A stretch of 63,398 nucleotides of DNA, the filler included, from Octopus bimaculoides (lineage: Eukaryota), in the NCBI RefSeq assembly GCF_001194135.2. It is 7 parts of 5 records of this genome, joined end to end, with 100 filler letters (N's around TTAATTAATTAA, not from the genome) between each part and the next. Parts side by side here need not be neighbours in the genome. Positions count along the whole stretch, not along the records: positions 47,427 to 58,690 come from NC_069006.1; positions 58,791 to 61,319 come from NW_026429798.1; positions 61,420 to 63,398 come from NC_068982.1; 4 more parts are not named here. The stretch is one strand, 5' to 3'. Within the stretch, counting starts at the first letter, position 1, and each line of letters begins with the position of its first letter. This document shows positions 47,801 to 61,699 of the stretch, one piece after another. Below the pieces are notes generated by a model that saw only the letters and a program-made list of their open reading frames with translations, was not told where the DNA came from and did not search any database. A program made the position numbers and the translations under genes.

Positions 47801-50800
47801 TATCGGTCTTTTTTTGTCAAGCAGTTTAATGGCGAAGATGTAAACATATTAACGCAGTTGAGGGACAAACACAGGCATAAACACACACACATACGACAGG
47901 CTTCTATTAATTTCTGTTTACCAAATCCACTCACAAAGCTTTGGTTGGCCCAAGTCTATAGTAGAAGACGTTAGCCCAAGGTGCCACGCAATGGAACTGA
48001 ACCCGGAACCATGTGGTTGGGAAGCAAACTCCTTACGACATATTTAATATGAATTATTCATTTATTACTTAATTTATGTATGCATTTTCTTCCGTTTAGC
48101 GTTATCAGTAAATTCCCGGAGATAAAAAGTTCGAATGTGTAAATAGGGCGAAGGTTTACAATACGCACACCACCCGTTTTTGGCTGTTAGAGTTAGGATT
48201 AGGATTGCGCCAAAAACAGGTGGTCCGTGTATTCTTTACCTCCGCTATTTTTTTTTTTCAAACTTATTTCCATTACACTCAAGCAAAAGTATAATTTATG
48301 AATTTTTTTCTCTTCGAAAGTCCTCTCCCCATCCACTCGGAAAAGATCTCCCCCACAAATTTCTTCATAATCGTAATCTATGCCGTTTGATAGGTATTTA
48401 TATAAAATTTCATGAAAAGATATCCATTTTCCTAAAAGTTACGAGAGAAAAAAATCGGATCTTGTGAATGTTCTGAAAGTCCTCTCCCCACCCACCACGG
48501 TTTGTTAGCGCAAATTTTTGTTTTCATATTCGTTCAATACACATTTTTTTTACACCTATTACACCNNNNNNNNNNNNNNNNNNNNNNNNNNNNNNNNNNN
48601 NNNNNNNNNNNNNNNNNNNNNNNNNNNNNNNNNNNNNNNNNNNNNNNNNNNNNNNNNNNNNNNNNNNNNNNNNNNNNNNNNNNNNNNNNNNNNNNNNNNN
48701 NNNNNNNNNNNNNNNNNNNNNNNNNNNNNNNNNNNNNNNNNNNNNNNNNNNNNNNNNNNNNNNNNNNNNNNNNNNNNNNNNNNNNNNNNNNNNNNNNNNN
48801 NNNNNNNNNNNNNNNNNNNNNNNNNNNNNNNNNNNNNNNNNNNNNNNNNNNNNNNNNNNNNNNNNNNNNNNNNNNNNNNNNNNNNNNNNNNNNNNNNNNN
48901 NNNNNNNNNNNNNNNNNNNNNNNNNNNNNNNNNNNNNNNNNNNNNNNNNNNNNNNNNNNNNNNNNNNNNNNNNNNNNNNNNNNNNNNNNNNNNNNNNNNN
49001 NNNNNNNNNNNNNNNNNNNNNNNNNNNNNNNNNNNNNTGTTCGAAATCTCCGACATTTAAAACCTAGGAATCCAAAACAGTTTTTCTTTTTAAAAATGCA
49101 ATTTTCAAGGTGAGGTGCGAAACTGCAGTAGGTCCTTAAAAGGTTTTAATTTACCTCCAAAAGAAAGAAATTAAAATGAAAATTAAAAAAATTAATTTTC
49201 TTCTTATTATGTTATGAATTGTTAAGTTTCGTCATTGTCCCAGCATTCCTCTGTCTATCGTCTGCTTTCTTACATTTGTAAAAGACACGAGCGGACATGC
49301 TTCAGGTAAGTAAGAATTTCTGAAAGCGGAGAGTGAAATGTGTGCAAATGACTATTTCTTGTTTAAATTATTCATTAATATACACTCACAAATGTTTTAT
49401 TGTTCAATGTGTGTATTATTTACATTATATATAATCTTAGATCCGTCCAAATTTGAAATAGTTACAATATTATGTCGAAGAAATAATAAACTATTTGTAG
49501 AAACTTGAGCCAACATTTTATATTGTCTTTACTTTTTAATTCATGAATGATAGATTCGTTTTGTATTTGAAATTGATAGCATTATAAAGTATTGAGGTAG
49601 TGCATGAATCTTTATCCAAACTCAGATACCCGAACAAGACAGGGAAGTTGTAATTTTAGTTTTAATAAGTTATTAGAAAATTTAACATATGTTAGTGATT
49701 AATCTCAGGGTGGCAGTAAAGAATACGTACACCACCCTAACCACTGGGTGTGCGTATTCTTTATCTTCGCCAATCTCGGAAATTGTGTAGTTTATTCTTT
49801 GTAAGCCCAGTTCTATTGGTGTCTTTTGTGGGAACGGAAACACACCAACATCGGTTGTCAAGCAATGTTGGAGGTACAAACACACACACGACGGGCTTCT
49901 TTCAGTTTCCGAAATTTTGAAATTGAGATTTTTGAAAATTTTTTTTCAGAATCGGAATCTCCATAGCCTAAAACGTTTGATTCCGTAAAAAAAAAAAAAG
50001 AAGGGGGGAAAGGTTCAGTTTACATATAGTCCATCTGGATCGATATTATAATTTATGTGTTTTTTTTTTATATATTAAGCTATTAATTTTAAATGTTTTC
50101 GTTGGCGTAGGCTATTTTGTTTAGAGTATATTCCAGAAGTTGAAAGAGAAAGTTTAAGTGGGTAACCTGATAAAGCAGAAAATATATTTATGGTCGTATC
50201 CATATTAAAGACAATAATTGATGGAAGGAACCCCCAAATTTCAGGCTGTGGATCTAAGCCAGAAGCAATCAATTATTTGGCATATTAAATCATTTGATAA
50301 ATGTTTACTGTTACACCAGTTTTGGTTGACTTTTGGAATAGCTATAATTACCTCACGAAGAAGGATAAGAGCAAGGAATTATTCGCCAATTTTAGACTTG
50401 AGTTTAATTTATAAAATTAAATTAGAAAATGGGACAAAACAGCACACACAAAAAATGGGTTCACCACCTTGTGTTGAAAAATTGGGGGCGCTGGGAAACC
50501 TTTCTAATGGCTTGCAGTGATGGTGAGGATGATTCGCTGGAACAGCTAAGTGCTCTCACGAGCCTTTTCTAACAGAACTTTTGATAAAGAAACAATTTTT
50601 TTGGTTTCTTCCATATTTATGTCTCTCAATTCTGTGTCTCTTTCCAGGTAAATACACTCGTTCTGACTTTTCTTTCGTTAGCTTCCTATCTATATCGGAA
50701 CGAAGATGAACTACAGGCAGATAACCGTCACTAACCCTAATTCCTAATCAGTGGATGGGGAACTACCTGCAGGGTTTAGTTTTGGGTTTCTTATCGTATT

Positions 50801-51294
50801 TTCTCAAGACCAGAGGATTTGTTAATGAATAAATTTGTTTGTCTTCTCTCGTACAATTAGTTAGTGAAAGCCTTGTTGGGCCAGTTAATCAAGATGACAC
50901 ATCATCTACTCAAGCTACATTTGTTTTGCAATGTAGTTATAGAAATATCTCGTAGATTTTCTATTCCTTATATTTTTCTTTTCATTAAGACATTATATGT
51001 ATTAACGTTTGGTAGTCGTATGTTAAGCGTAACATTATAAAAAACATTTAACTTGCGAACGTATTAACATCTTATAACACCGAATCATTGGTTAAATAAA
51101 TGATAACAACTTAATTTGAAAGAAATTATTGTTCATATATAATTAAAATGAATGGAAAATTTCAAAATTTTTTTATTAATAATGTCAAGAATTTGTGAGT
51201 TTAGTCGATCCCAGCATTCCTCTGTGTATCGTCTGCTTTTTTTTTATATCTGTAAGGGGCACTGGCTGACATGCTTCAGGTAAAGTAATTTGTA

Positions 51295-51585
51295 TATCTC
51301 GTGGCACTCCGTCGGTTACGACGAAGAGGGTTCCAGTTGATCCGATCAACGGAACAGCCTGTCCGTGAAATTAACGTGCAAGTGGCTGAGCTGAGCCCTC
51401 CACAAACACCAGAGAGATTCTGCGTGAGACAGTGTGACAAGGCTGGCCCTTTGAAATACAGGTACAGCAAAAACAGGGAGAAAGAGTGAGAGAAAGCTGT
51501 GGTGAAAGAAAACAGTAGGGTTCACCACCACCCCCTGCCGGAGCTACGTGGAGATTTAGGTGTTTTCGCTCAATAAACACTCACA
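51295..51585. mobile_element. SINE-like dispersed repeat inserted in a duplicated module
   Basis: GC-richer 290-bp block that interrupts sequence continuous in the paralogous copy at 49.3 kb. Confidence 0.5.
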
Positions 51586-52094
51586 AAAGGAACGCAGTGT
51601 GAGTAACGGACAGTTAAAACTATTGAAAATATTGCAAGACAACGAAAATTTTAGGAAAATAAAATAGAAACAAGTGGAAATTTTACCGGTGACTGTTAAA
51701 TTATAAGGCACCAAAAGAGAATGACTCTCCCCAGACACAACAGAATGTGCTGTGTGTGTGTATATATATATATGTGTGTATATGTATATATATGTGTGTA
51801 TATATATTTGTATATATATATGTATATGTATTTATATGGGTGTGTATATATACATATGTATATATTTGTATGTGTGNNNNNNNNNNNNNNNNNNNNNNNN
51901 NNNNNNNNNNNNNNNNNNNNNNNNNNNNNNNNNNNNNNNNNNNNNNNNNNNNNNNNNNNNNNNNNNNNNNNNNNNNTATATATATATATATGTATATATA
52001 TGTGTGTGTGTGTGTGTGTATATATAAATATATATGTGTGTGTGTATATGTGTCACATGAGTGAAATAAGTAAAACAAAAAATCTATGCTATTT

Positions 52095-52127
52095 TAATCC
52101 CGAGCAAGGCCAGGTATCTCTGCTAGT
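52095..52127 (+). mobile_element. Helitron-like 3' terminus
   Basis: cccgagcaaggccaggtatctctgCTAG-T is an imperfect GC hairpin followed by CTAG and T, at the right edge of the 51290-52127 insertion. Confidence 0.4.
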
Positions 52128-55014
52128 AATTTCTTAAACCATCGAGTGAAAGTGTGTGTGCAAATAAATACTCTTTGTTTGATTATTCAGTAGCTCGCAA
52201 CTAACTCTAATATTTACTCCTTGTTGTTATTTTTTCCCTAAGATGATATATTGTAATAAATATGTCTACATTTCTAAGAGTTACAAAATCAAGTCGGAGA
52301 AATAACAAACAAATGAACTATTTGTAGAATCTTGAGCCAGCAGTTTATATTATATTCTCTTTTTAATTCAGCAATGCAAAATTTATTTAGTATTTGAAAG
52401 TGATAGCATTATAGAATATGTAGGCAGTGTAAGAATCTTTTTCCCCAAATAGAGAATCCTAGACGAAATGGGTGCAGCTGTAAATCTAGTTTTAATAAGA
52501 GAAATTAAAATTAAATTAAAAATCTAACACATATCAGAAATCAACCTTGGAAATTTTTTAGTTTGTGTATAATTATTAAAAAAAGAAATTATTTTGGTTT
52601 GGTATAAAAACCTTGCACATTAAATACACAAAAAGCCACAACTTGAAGCAATGACTATAAAATCTCAATATACACACATAGACACACATAATGTACTTTT
52701 TAAGTCAGTTCTAATTTGTCAACGTTATCCAATGGAATTCTTTGGAAATTAAAAAAATTTAATTATTGCCCCACTCATCAAAAAAAAAAAAAGCATATTG
52801 TCCTGAAAACTACTGTAATTCACTTTGTAACCCAATCTGGTATTCTTGTTGGTTAATCAAACTTGAAAACTCTTATTTCAAATTATTGTGGTTCATATTT
52901 AAAAAAACAAAAAATTGAACAAATTCTGCTGAGGACAACTTTCCCTTTTGTCCCTTTTAGATTTGGTAAAAAAAGCAAACAAAATAAGCAGCAATCTAAG
53001 GCAATAGATTGGTGGAACAGTAAGCACATCAGGCTAGATACCATGCAGTTTTTAAGATTTCTTTTCATTTTGGGTTCAAATNNNNNNNNNNNNNNNNNNN
53101 NNNNNNNNNNNNNNNNNNNNNNNNNNNNNNNNNNNNNNNNNNNNNNNNNNNNNNNNNNNNNNNNNNNNNNNNNNNNNNNNNNNNNNNNNNNNNNNNNNNN
53201 NNNNNNNNNNNNNNNNNNNNNNNNNNNNNNNNNNNNNNNNNNNNNNNNNNNNNGACACCTTTTGTCTCTCTTACTAGTCTCAGAAGCCTTGTAAAAAGGT
53301 CATGAGATCTGTTGTCCTCTTTGACTAAAAGATAAAACATTAAAAAAAACTGAACAATTCATCTGTTAATTGAATGTCACTAATCAATGACCATTATTCA
53401 TTAAATTGCTTTTATTCAATTTAAATGCTTTAACACGTTTCTAGTGACAATTTTCAGGGAATGATAAAAAATTTTCTTTTTTTTTTTCTCTTTTCTCTTT
53501 TAAAGAATTCACAGAAATGCTGGCTTCAAAGAATTTTCCATGTAAAATTTCGAAACCAAAGTGAAGAATGGCCATCATCAGCTAAGTGTAGTATTTTTGT
53601 TTGGTTGAGTAAAGTTTTTCAATAAAATTGTATTTAAAGTGAAATTGCGTCTACAAATTAACGGATCAATATATTTCATTAGTTTAAAGTGAAATTTTAA
53701 TGGAAATACATCCAACAGCAATAAATCAACTATGGAGCCTCTTCATAGTTGATTGTTCTGCTAGAAAAAGCAGCCAAATTGCTCTCTAATCACATTGTTT
53801 TGAAAAGGAACAGTTTAATGTATAAGCCAATGTGACGGAGCCTCTTTGCGATCATTCAATTGGCTAGAAATAATGGTTAAATCACTCAAAACTCACCTGT
53901 GCTAAAGTGAAAAAGGAGGCCTAAGGAAGTGATAAGGGTAACCCATAGTCAAGGACCATGAGACCACTGCATCAGAGTTTAACTGGTGCTAAACAGCAAC
54001 AAAGAAGGGGATATCATATCCTGTAGTCAGAGATGTTCTCTCTCAGTAAAGAATGAGATGATTGTGGTTAGAAAAACCTTTGCTCACAAGTCTGCTTGAT
54101 CTGGACTGAGCTGGAACTAAATAATACTAACTTCAATAAAATATGATGGAACAACAGCTTAACAACTGTGTGGATGAGACACTTGATGAGTCTCACTATA
54201 AAAGAAACTTTACCTGGCCCCACCTTATCAATTGCACTTAGACAGATGTAGAGGAAAAATGGTGAGTTCATTTCTTAGACAACGATACAAGCTAATCCCA
54301 AGCATGAAGTCTTCAACAACACATGACCTGGCTAAAGCAATTTATATAATGTTGGTACCATGATAAAATGCACTCAATACATTGAGTGGTGATACAAAGG
54401 GCATCTAGCTATAGAAACCATGCTCAAAATGGGAAGTCCCTCTAGGAGAGCAGTATCTCTGAATAAGAGCTGACTCACTCTGTAACAATCCAATCCATGC
54501 TATTATGGAATTGGAGATATGAAATGATTATGAAAGCAGTTTAATTAGGTTATCTGATATCAATTTATATAATTTAATTTTACCAATTCATTCCAGAGTT
54601 GTTTTGACATTAAAAATGTTTATTAGAAAATCTATTCCCTCCAATATCCAGCCTATATTTTGTTCATAGAAATTGATTTAAAATATCATTTGTCTTTAAA
54701 AGGCTGGTGGTTTGGCTGAATCATTAGAACATTGGCCAAAATGCCTTGCAGTATTCTGGAGGTGTTGATAAAGTACCTGTGTAGTACTGGGATCAATGGT
54801 ATTGACTTAACTCCACCCCTCAAAATTGCTAGCCTTGTACATAAATTAGCTACAACTGTTACTAGCAGAAAAAAGGCCTGCTGAGTATTTTTCTGCTTAT
54901 CATTATGATGGGGATATACATTACATATATAAAATATGAAGGTTCAGTCATTTCAGAAGTTGCTCTTCTCCTCTAAGAGTGGTCTCTTAGTCTGCATGAC
55001 TGACAGGTATAGCT

Positions 55015-55300
55015 TATCATCATCATCATCATCATCATCGTTTAACGTCCGCTTTCCATGCTAGCATGGGTTGGACGATTTGACTGAGGACTGGTGCAAC
55101 CGGATGGCTACACCAGGCTCCAATCTAATTTGGCAGAGTTTCTACAGCTGGATGCCCTTCCTAACGCCAACCACTCAGAGAGTGTAGTGGGTGCTTTTAC
55201 GTGTCACCCGCACGAAAACGGCCATGCTCGAAATGGTGTCTTTTATGTGCCACCCGCACAAGAGCCAGTCCAGGGGCACTGGCAACGATCTCGCTCGAAA
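55015..55300 (-). mobile_element. RTE-LINE 3' UTR copy
   Basis: (CAT)n plus the same block as 44500-44780. Confidence 0.88.
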
Positions 55301-56864
55301 ACCCTACCCTACAAAGCTTATATATTTAAATTATCTGTTTGTATATACTTGCTAATTTATTCTTTCCTGATTTAAGACAACTGATATCAAGCTGTACATC
55401 TACACAAAGACCTTAAACTCTTGTGTGGTCCCAGATTGAAGATAGTTTAAAAATTGTGATAGAACACTTGATGACAGGTTCATTGTTTTTATAGCATGAG
55501 CAATATTGTTCAATATAGCCTTTTTTTAAGGGTGTGATTTGATAGGTTTAGCTACTATTTTCTGCAGATTGAGATACTACTGAATCATTGTGTGTATTTA
55601 ACAAACTCTGATGTATCTGATGAAAAAAGTATTTGACTTTAAGTAAATTATTCGCCATTACTCCACTGCATTTGTTTTATTATTTATGTAGATATATATA
55701 TTTCAGAAAAATCTGAAATGTAAAAGAAAGATGTAAAACCATAAAAGCACAAGCTTATTTTCAATTGTTTTTTTAATGTTATTTTTTGTATTCATTACTT
55801 AATGTATTTCATTTGATGTACATTAGCAAAATATTCTCATTTTTATGACAGTGAATATATATTTTCAAAAGTTGTATAGTCATTCACACAGTCAAAATAT
55901 GTCACTGGTTCAGTGCCAAATTTTGTTATGTTAAAGTTTTGATCAATGTCTATGGCTTGACTGACATAGTTCAGTGACTAAGTCACATATATGCACATCA
56001 ACACACAAGTCATACCTGTTGTTCGTCAATCGACTAACTTGTTAGCATGTTAGATAAAATGCCTTACAGTATGTTTCAATTCTAAGTTCTCAGTTCAAAC
56101 CACACCAAGACTAACTTGGCCTTTCATCCTACCAGGGTCAATAAAAAAATAAATGTACTAATCAAGTATTAGGGCTGATTTTTAAAAGCTTCTTCCTCAC
56201 AAATTTCTGGTTTTGTGCATTTATTATAAATCATTATTATCCATTGCAAGCAGTCCACTTATTATTCAGTGTACCTCTGATTACGTCATCTAATATCCTA
56301 CTTTTCTAAAATATTGGAACTAGAGAGAATGGATTCAGCATTATCTTACTTTGTGTAATTGTTTTGGAGTGATTGGACAATGTCACTTGTCCTACTAAAA
56401 ATAGCAGCTAAATCCCCTTCAGCTCATTCTCTATCTTTATTTAGGCAATACAATCTTATATTTATATAAAAAAAAGACGATGATTCTTGTCGGAACATAT
56501 TTTCAGCATAGGTCTGCTCAGTCAGGATTGACTTAGGGCTAAACATTTAATTGATGCAAGTATTTATGATTCCAACAAGATTCAATTTATTCCACATTGA
56601 TTTTTACATACTTTTTCCTCCTTGGTCATTGCTAAAATAATGTGCCAATAAAAATTTTAGTGGTGTTATATTTTGTTGTATGCTTCCTTTACAGAAATTA
56701 AATATAATTCTTTGTAAGAAACTGTAGAAGAGTTATGAGGATTTTGTCATTCTTCATTTAAGAGCACCAAGACTGCATCAGTGACCAGGCTGCAGAAATG
56801 GAATGAAACTTGTGGACACTTCAAATTATACAGTGCTATTAAGGCATAAAAGTAAACTGAATCC

Positions 56865-57531
56865 CTGGCAAGCCAAGGGAGACCAAAATCCAAGGCCTCT
56901 GCCAGGGATGTAGCCAGCCCACTTATGCGTAACATTCCTTCTTTGGATACTAAACTCTGCTTGCGAAGACCTGTTGAGGCAAGTGAAATCGAAATTGAAA
57001 TCCTGGCACCCATGCCAACGTCTTCATTGAACACTAAACTCGGCATGCGAAGACCTGTTGGGGCAAGCGAATGGGAAATCGTGATGGCACCAATACCAGT
57101 AACTTACTAAGAGCACTGTCCGAGCGTGATTGTTGCAAGAGCACCAGCTGCTTGGCTTCATGCTGGTGGCATGTAAAAATCACCATTTGAGCATGACCGT
57201 TACCAACATCGCCTTACTGGCACGTGAAAAGACATTCAAGCGAGTTTGTTGCCAGTTCCGCTGGAGTGGCTCCTGTGCAGGTGGCACATAAAATACACCA
57301 TTTCCAGCATAGCCATTGCTAGTAGCCCCTGACTGGCCTCCGTGCCGGTGGCACATAAAAGCACCCACTACACTCTGAGTGGTTGGCATTAGGAAGGGCA
57401 TCCAGCTGTAGAAACTCTGCCAAATCAGATTGGAGCCTGGTGTAGCCATCTGGTTTCACCAGTCCTCAGTCAAATCGTCCAACCCATACTAGCATGGAAA
57501 GCAGACGTTAAATGATGATGATGATGATGAT
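56865..57531 (+). mobile_element. RTE-LINE 3' UTR copy (5'-truncated)
   Basis: Homologous to 44500-45110 in the opposite orientation; ends in (GAT)n. Confidence 0.88.
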
Positions 57532-58000
57532 GTACCCCTTGGTAAAAGACCCAAATTGAAATGTCTAAAAACCCTAGTCTTGCCAGAAGTATTGTATGTG
57601 TGTAAAGCATACTCCTAAGGGTTATGAATACCAAGTGACTGAGGGCATTTAAGATGATACACTTCTGACATGTGTTGCAGATTAGTCGAGTGGTCTGTAA
57701 AACAACTGGTGTAGTACTGGAAGAGATGAATCGAGCAAAAGTTGTTGGTGATGGTCAGACAATAAAAACTGAAATTTTGTGCTCACAGGTGATCAAGATA
57801 GATTGAATGATGATATCAAGGACTGGATGGGGATGGCCCTGGCAGAGTGTATGATCACAGCATAAGAGTATGGCAATGTGTGTTAGTTGAACTTCTTTGA
57901 CCCTCATCCATAACGATAGGCATACTCATTGTCTTTCACACACATATACATTAGATTATAAGGATTTAATATATCAGCAGAAGAAGGTAGAATATCTTAC

Positions 58001-58203
58001 TTGGATAATATTGGTACTGGAGTTTTTCTCATCCGTAGAAACCCACATATATACAAAAATGTTGTTGTTGTACAAGCGTAGTTTTGACATCAGACTGTAG
58101 AGGTTAAAATTACTTTCATTCCAATTGATATCAACGACAGGCCAACCACCAAGTTCATCCAGGAATATCCTTAAAGGAGACAAATCTCTGTCTTCCAATA
58201 AAC
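58001..58203 (-). CDS. Internal exon of an M13-family metallopeptidase (neprilysin/ECE-like), N-terminal domain
   Basis: ttttaatataatttcag|GT TTA TTG GAA...ATC CAA|gtaaga, 203 nt, phase 1 to 0. LLEDRDLSPLRIFLDELGGWPVVDINWNESNFNLYSLMSKLRLYNNNIFVYMWVSTDEKNSSTNIIQ matches the M13 pattern PL..L..LGGWPV....W...V..D.KNSS..II. Confidence 0.9.
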
Positions 58204-58999
58204 CTGAAATTATATTAAAACATTGCTATAATCAACAGAAAATTAGTTGGATATATTGTAAATAAAGTTACATGCAAATGGTTTGTAAGCATGCAGTCTC
58301 TCTGTATAGGTAGACTCTGTGGTTAACCCACATTAGTTTTCTCTTCAGAATGTACTGAAGAACAGCTTAAGTAGATTCATGTGTCTTCATATGCTCTTTA
58401 AGAGTATTTACTTAATTTGGTCTAGAGAAAAAGAAGATAGTAGTTGACAGTTACTTATCAAATATCTGAATATCAAGTAGTAGTTTTGTTCATTTACATA
58501 TTACATTCATTGGTGATGTGTATTACATATATTTAAAACCTGCAATTATACTGTCTCAGTACTTAATATTTATGTTTTAGATAGTAAAGCCATATCTATC
58601 TTTATATATACACTCTACTGCTCTATAATTTAGAATGTGTCTGTTTTGGATTTATGATTTACCAACGATATATATATATATATATATATANNNNNNNNNN
58701 NNNNNNNNNNNNNNNNNNNNNNNNNNNNNNNNNNTTAATTAATTAANNNNNNNNNNNNNNNNNNNNNNNNNNNNNNNNNNNNNNNNNNNNTATATATATA
58801 TATATATATTATAAGCATGCATATATATGTATGTGCACATGTATGCATGTATGTATGTATGTATGCATGCATGTATGTCATTATTCTGTCTTATTTCGAG
58901 ATCTCTTGCCAATAGAGAAAAAGCCGGCTTCTAAACTAGATCCTTCAGTGGACCTTCAACATCAACAGGGTATTTTTGTATGTATATATAAATAATACA

Positions 59000-59400
59000 G
59001 AATGGGACAAGAACACAAAATATATATAGACAGTTAGGTGATACAAGAAAGGGACAAAACATCCAGATAGATGATACAAATAAAACATGGACAGGTCATT
59101 CGGAGTTTTCTTTCTTCAGTCGAGATCCAGATTATCCTTGCAATTTCGGCTGGTTATTCTCGATATTGCTCCAATCTGGCCAGCCCCAAGGAAAAACTAA
59201 GCTAAGAGCATTATATTCCTTGGAAGAAAGCAGCGAATGTTTACAAAAACAAGGACGGAAAAAAAACTGAACAACGTTACACAAATACAATAAAAATAAT
59301 AAAACAGGACATAACAACAGATGTCTTTCGACTAAGGACGAATTAAATTAAACTGACATGTATGAAAATAAGGCCTTACGGCCGGGATACAAGATTTCAC
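59000..59400 (-). mobile_element. Penelope pLTR-like repeat with a degenerate hammerhead-like core
   Basis: Minus strand CTGAAGA-aagaaaactcc-GAAT-gacctgtcc near 59095-59125 in an AT-rich repeat; the core is imperfect. Confidence 0.3.
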
Positions 59401-59740
59401 AGGCACAGGGAGGAATAACGATGTTGCACGCACAACGGCCGCCCAAGAAAGAAATGTCAGGCTTGGCTGAACACCGGTTATGTGGGAGGAGAAGAGAGAA
59501 AGGTTGAGGCAGAGGGACAAAAGAATTAAGGAGGGGCGAGAAAAATGACAGGGACACAGTGAAGTGAAAAGTGGAGGGAGAAGAGAAGGCAAGGAAATGG
59601 GAGCGAGTTTGAACGAAAGAACGAACAGTGGAATGAACGAATAAGAGTAAATGAACTGATAGACAGAAATAGAATCATACAAGATTTAGAAAAATGTATA
59701 CTTACATATATGAGACAAGGTGTACGTACATGTATGTATG

Positions 59741-59771
<31 letters not shown>

Positions 59772-60729
59772 GCAAATTTGTATATTTTGTTTTATGTATG
59801 TCTTCTCATGCATATACTGGCATACATGGACATGCTCATTTATGCTGAAATGATAAACGTCTGGAAACGTTTATAGATTTTTACAGNNNNNNNNNNNNNN
59901 NNNNNNNNNNNNNNNNNNNNNNNNNNNNNNNNNNNNNNNNNNNNNNNNNNNNNNNNNNNNNNNNNNNNNNNNNNNNNNNNNNNNNNNNNNNNNNNNNNNN
60001 NNNNNNNNNNNNNNNNNNNNNNNNNNNNNNNNNNNNNNNNNNNNNNNNNNNNNNNNNNNNNNNNNNNNNNNNNNNNNNNNNNNNNNNNNNNNNNNNNNNN
60101 NNNNNNNNNNNNNNNNNNNNNNNNNNNNNNNNNNNNNNNNNNNNNNNNNNNNNNNNNNNNNNNNNNNNNNNNNNNNNNNNNNNNNNNNNNNNNNNNNNNN
60201 NNNNNNNNNNNNNNNNNNNNNNNNNNNNNNNNNNNNNNNNNNNNNNNNNNNNNNNNNNNNNNNNNNNNNNNNNNNNNNNNNNNNNNNNNNNNNAGGTATT
60301 CTCTCTGATCTTCAGCTTTATGTTATCATCCATGTAAGTATGTATGCGTGCATACATCTATGTATGCATGTATGTATTATATATGTCTGCATTTATGTGT
60401 GTGTGTATGTATGCATCTATGTATATGTGTATGTATGTCTGTATGTATGATTGTATTATGCATGTACGTATATATTCATATATGAATATATGTATGTCTG
60501 CATGCATACATGTATGTATGTATGTATGTATGTATGTATGCAAGCATGTATGTATGCATCTATGCGTATATATGAATGTATGTATGTATGCATGTATATA
60601 TGTATGTATGCATATATGTACATATATTATATATATACGTATGTATACGTGTATATATGTATATATACGTATATATATATATGTACATATATATGCATAT
60701 ATATCTATATAATATATATTCAATATATA

Positions 60730-60776
<47 letters not shown>

Positions 60777-61420
60777 ATGTATGTATATTTAAGCATAACA
60801 ATGTATAGACAGATGTTTTGTGAGATAAGAGGGAAATGATTCAAGAGAAACTCGTAAGCAGGAGACGAAAGAGGGAAAAAGAGACATATATCGGTTCCAG
60901 GTGTTTGTGAATATAAGGTTGGCTGAGTGAATAACTATGAAGGATATTATGATATATGTATATGCGTAATGGTATATAATAGCTGTATGGACAAGACTGA
61001 ATTTTGCGTGAGTATAATATATTATTGCCATATTATATTTATGTGATATGTGCGCATATATATTCAAACGCGCGAAATATTTTAATAAAATATTTATGTG
61101 TGTCCAAGAAAGACAGAGAGTACTTAAATCTGCCTACATTACTTAAAGTACGTACATAACATATATTGTATATTTCTGAGTTTATTTTAATATATAATAT
61201 GATGTATTTCACTGGTGATAATGTTGTCTACGAACGCTATACGATATCTCGGTATCGCATATATATGCGTTTAATTTTATGTCTGTTTATACATATAAGT
61301 ATATATGTATAAATAAATANNNNNNNNNNNNNNNNNNNNNNNNNNNNNNNNNNNNNNNNNNNNTTAATTAATTAANNNNNNNNNNNNNNNNNNNNNNNNN
61401 NNNNNNNNNNNNNNNNNNNG

Positions 61421-61685
61421 CACAAGTCAAGGTTGTTTATGGAAGACCAGCAGTCGCCCATGCATACCGGTTTCCCCTCTCCACAGCACCACTGTTATCT
61501 AAGCAAAAGCCAATACAGCTTGGCACCTGTGACGTCACAACTCATTTCTACAGCTGAGTGAACTGGAGCAACGTGAAATAAAGTGTCTTGCTCAAGAACA
61601 CAACACGCAACCCGGTCCGGGATTCGAACTCACAACCTCACGATCGTAAGCTCGACGATCTAACTACTGAGCAATGCGCCTTCAC
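61421..61685 (-). mobile_element. tRNA-derived SINE family A copy
   Basis: Reverse complement of 29835-30090. Confidence 0.85.
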
Positions 61686-61699
61686 TGGATATACACCCG

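Noticed and set aside
57600-57880. Apparent phase-1 acceptor at about 57788 as the next exon of the plus-strand gene
   Set aside because: It translates to a LINE C-terminal pattern (DDIKDWMG..LAE...A) and stops quickly; an old LINE remnant.
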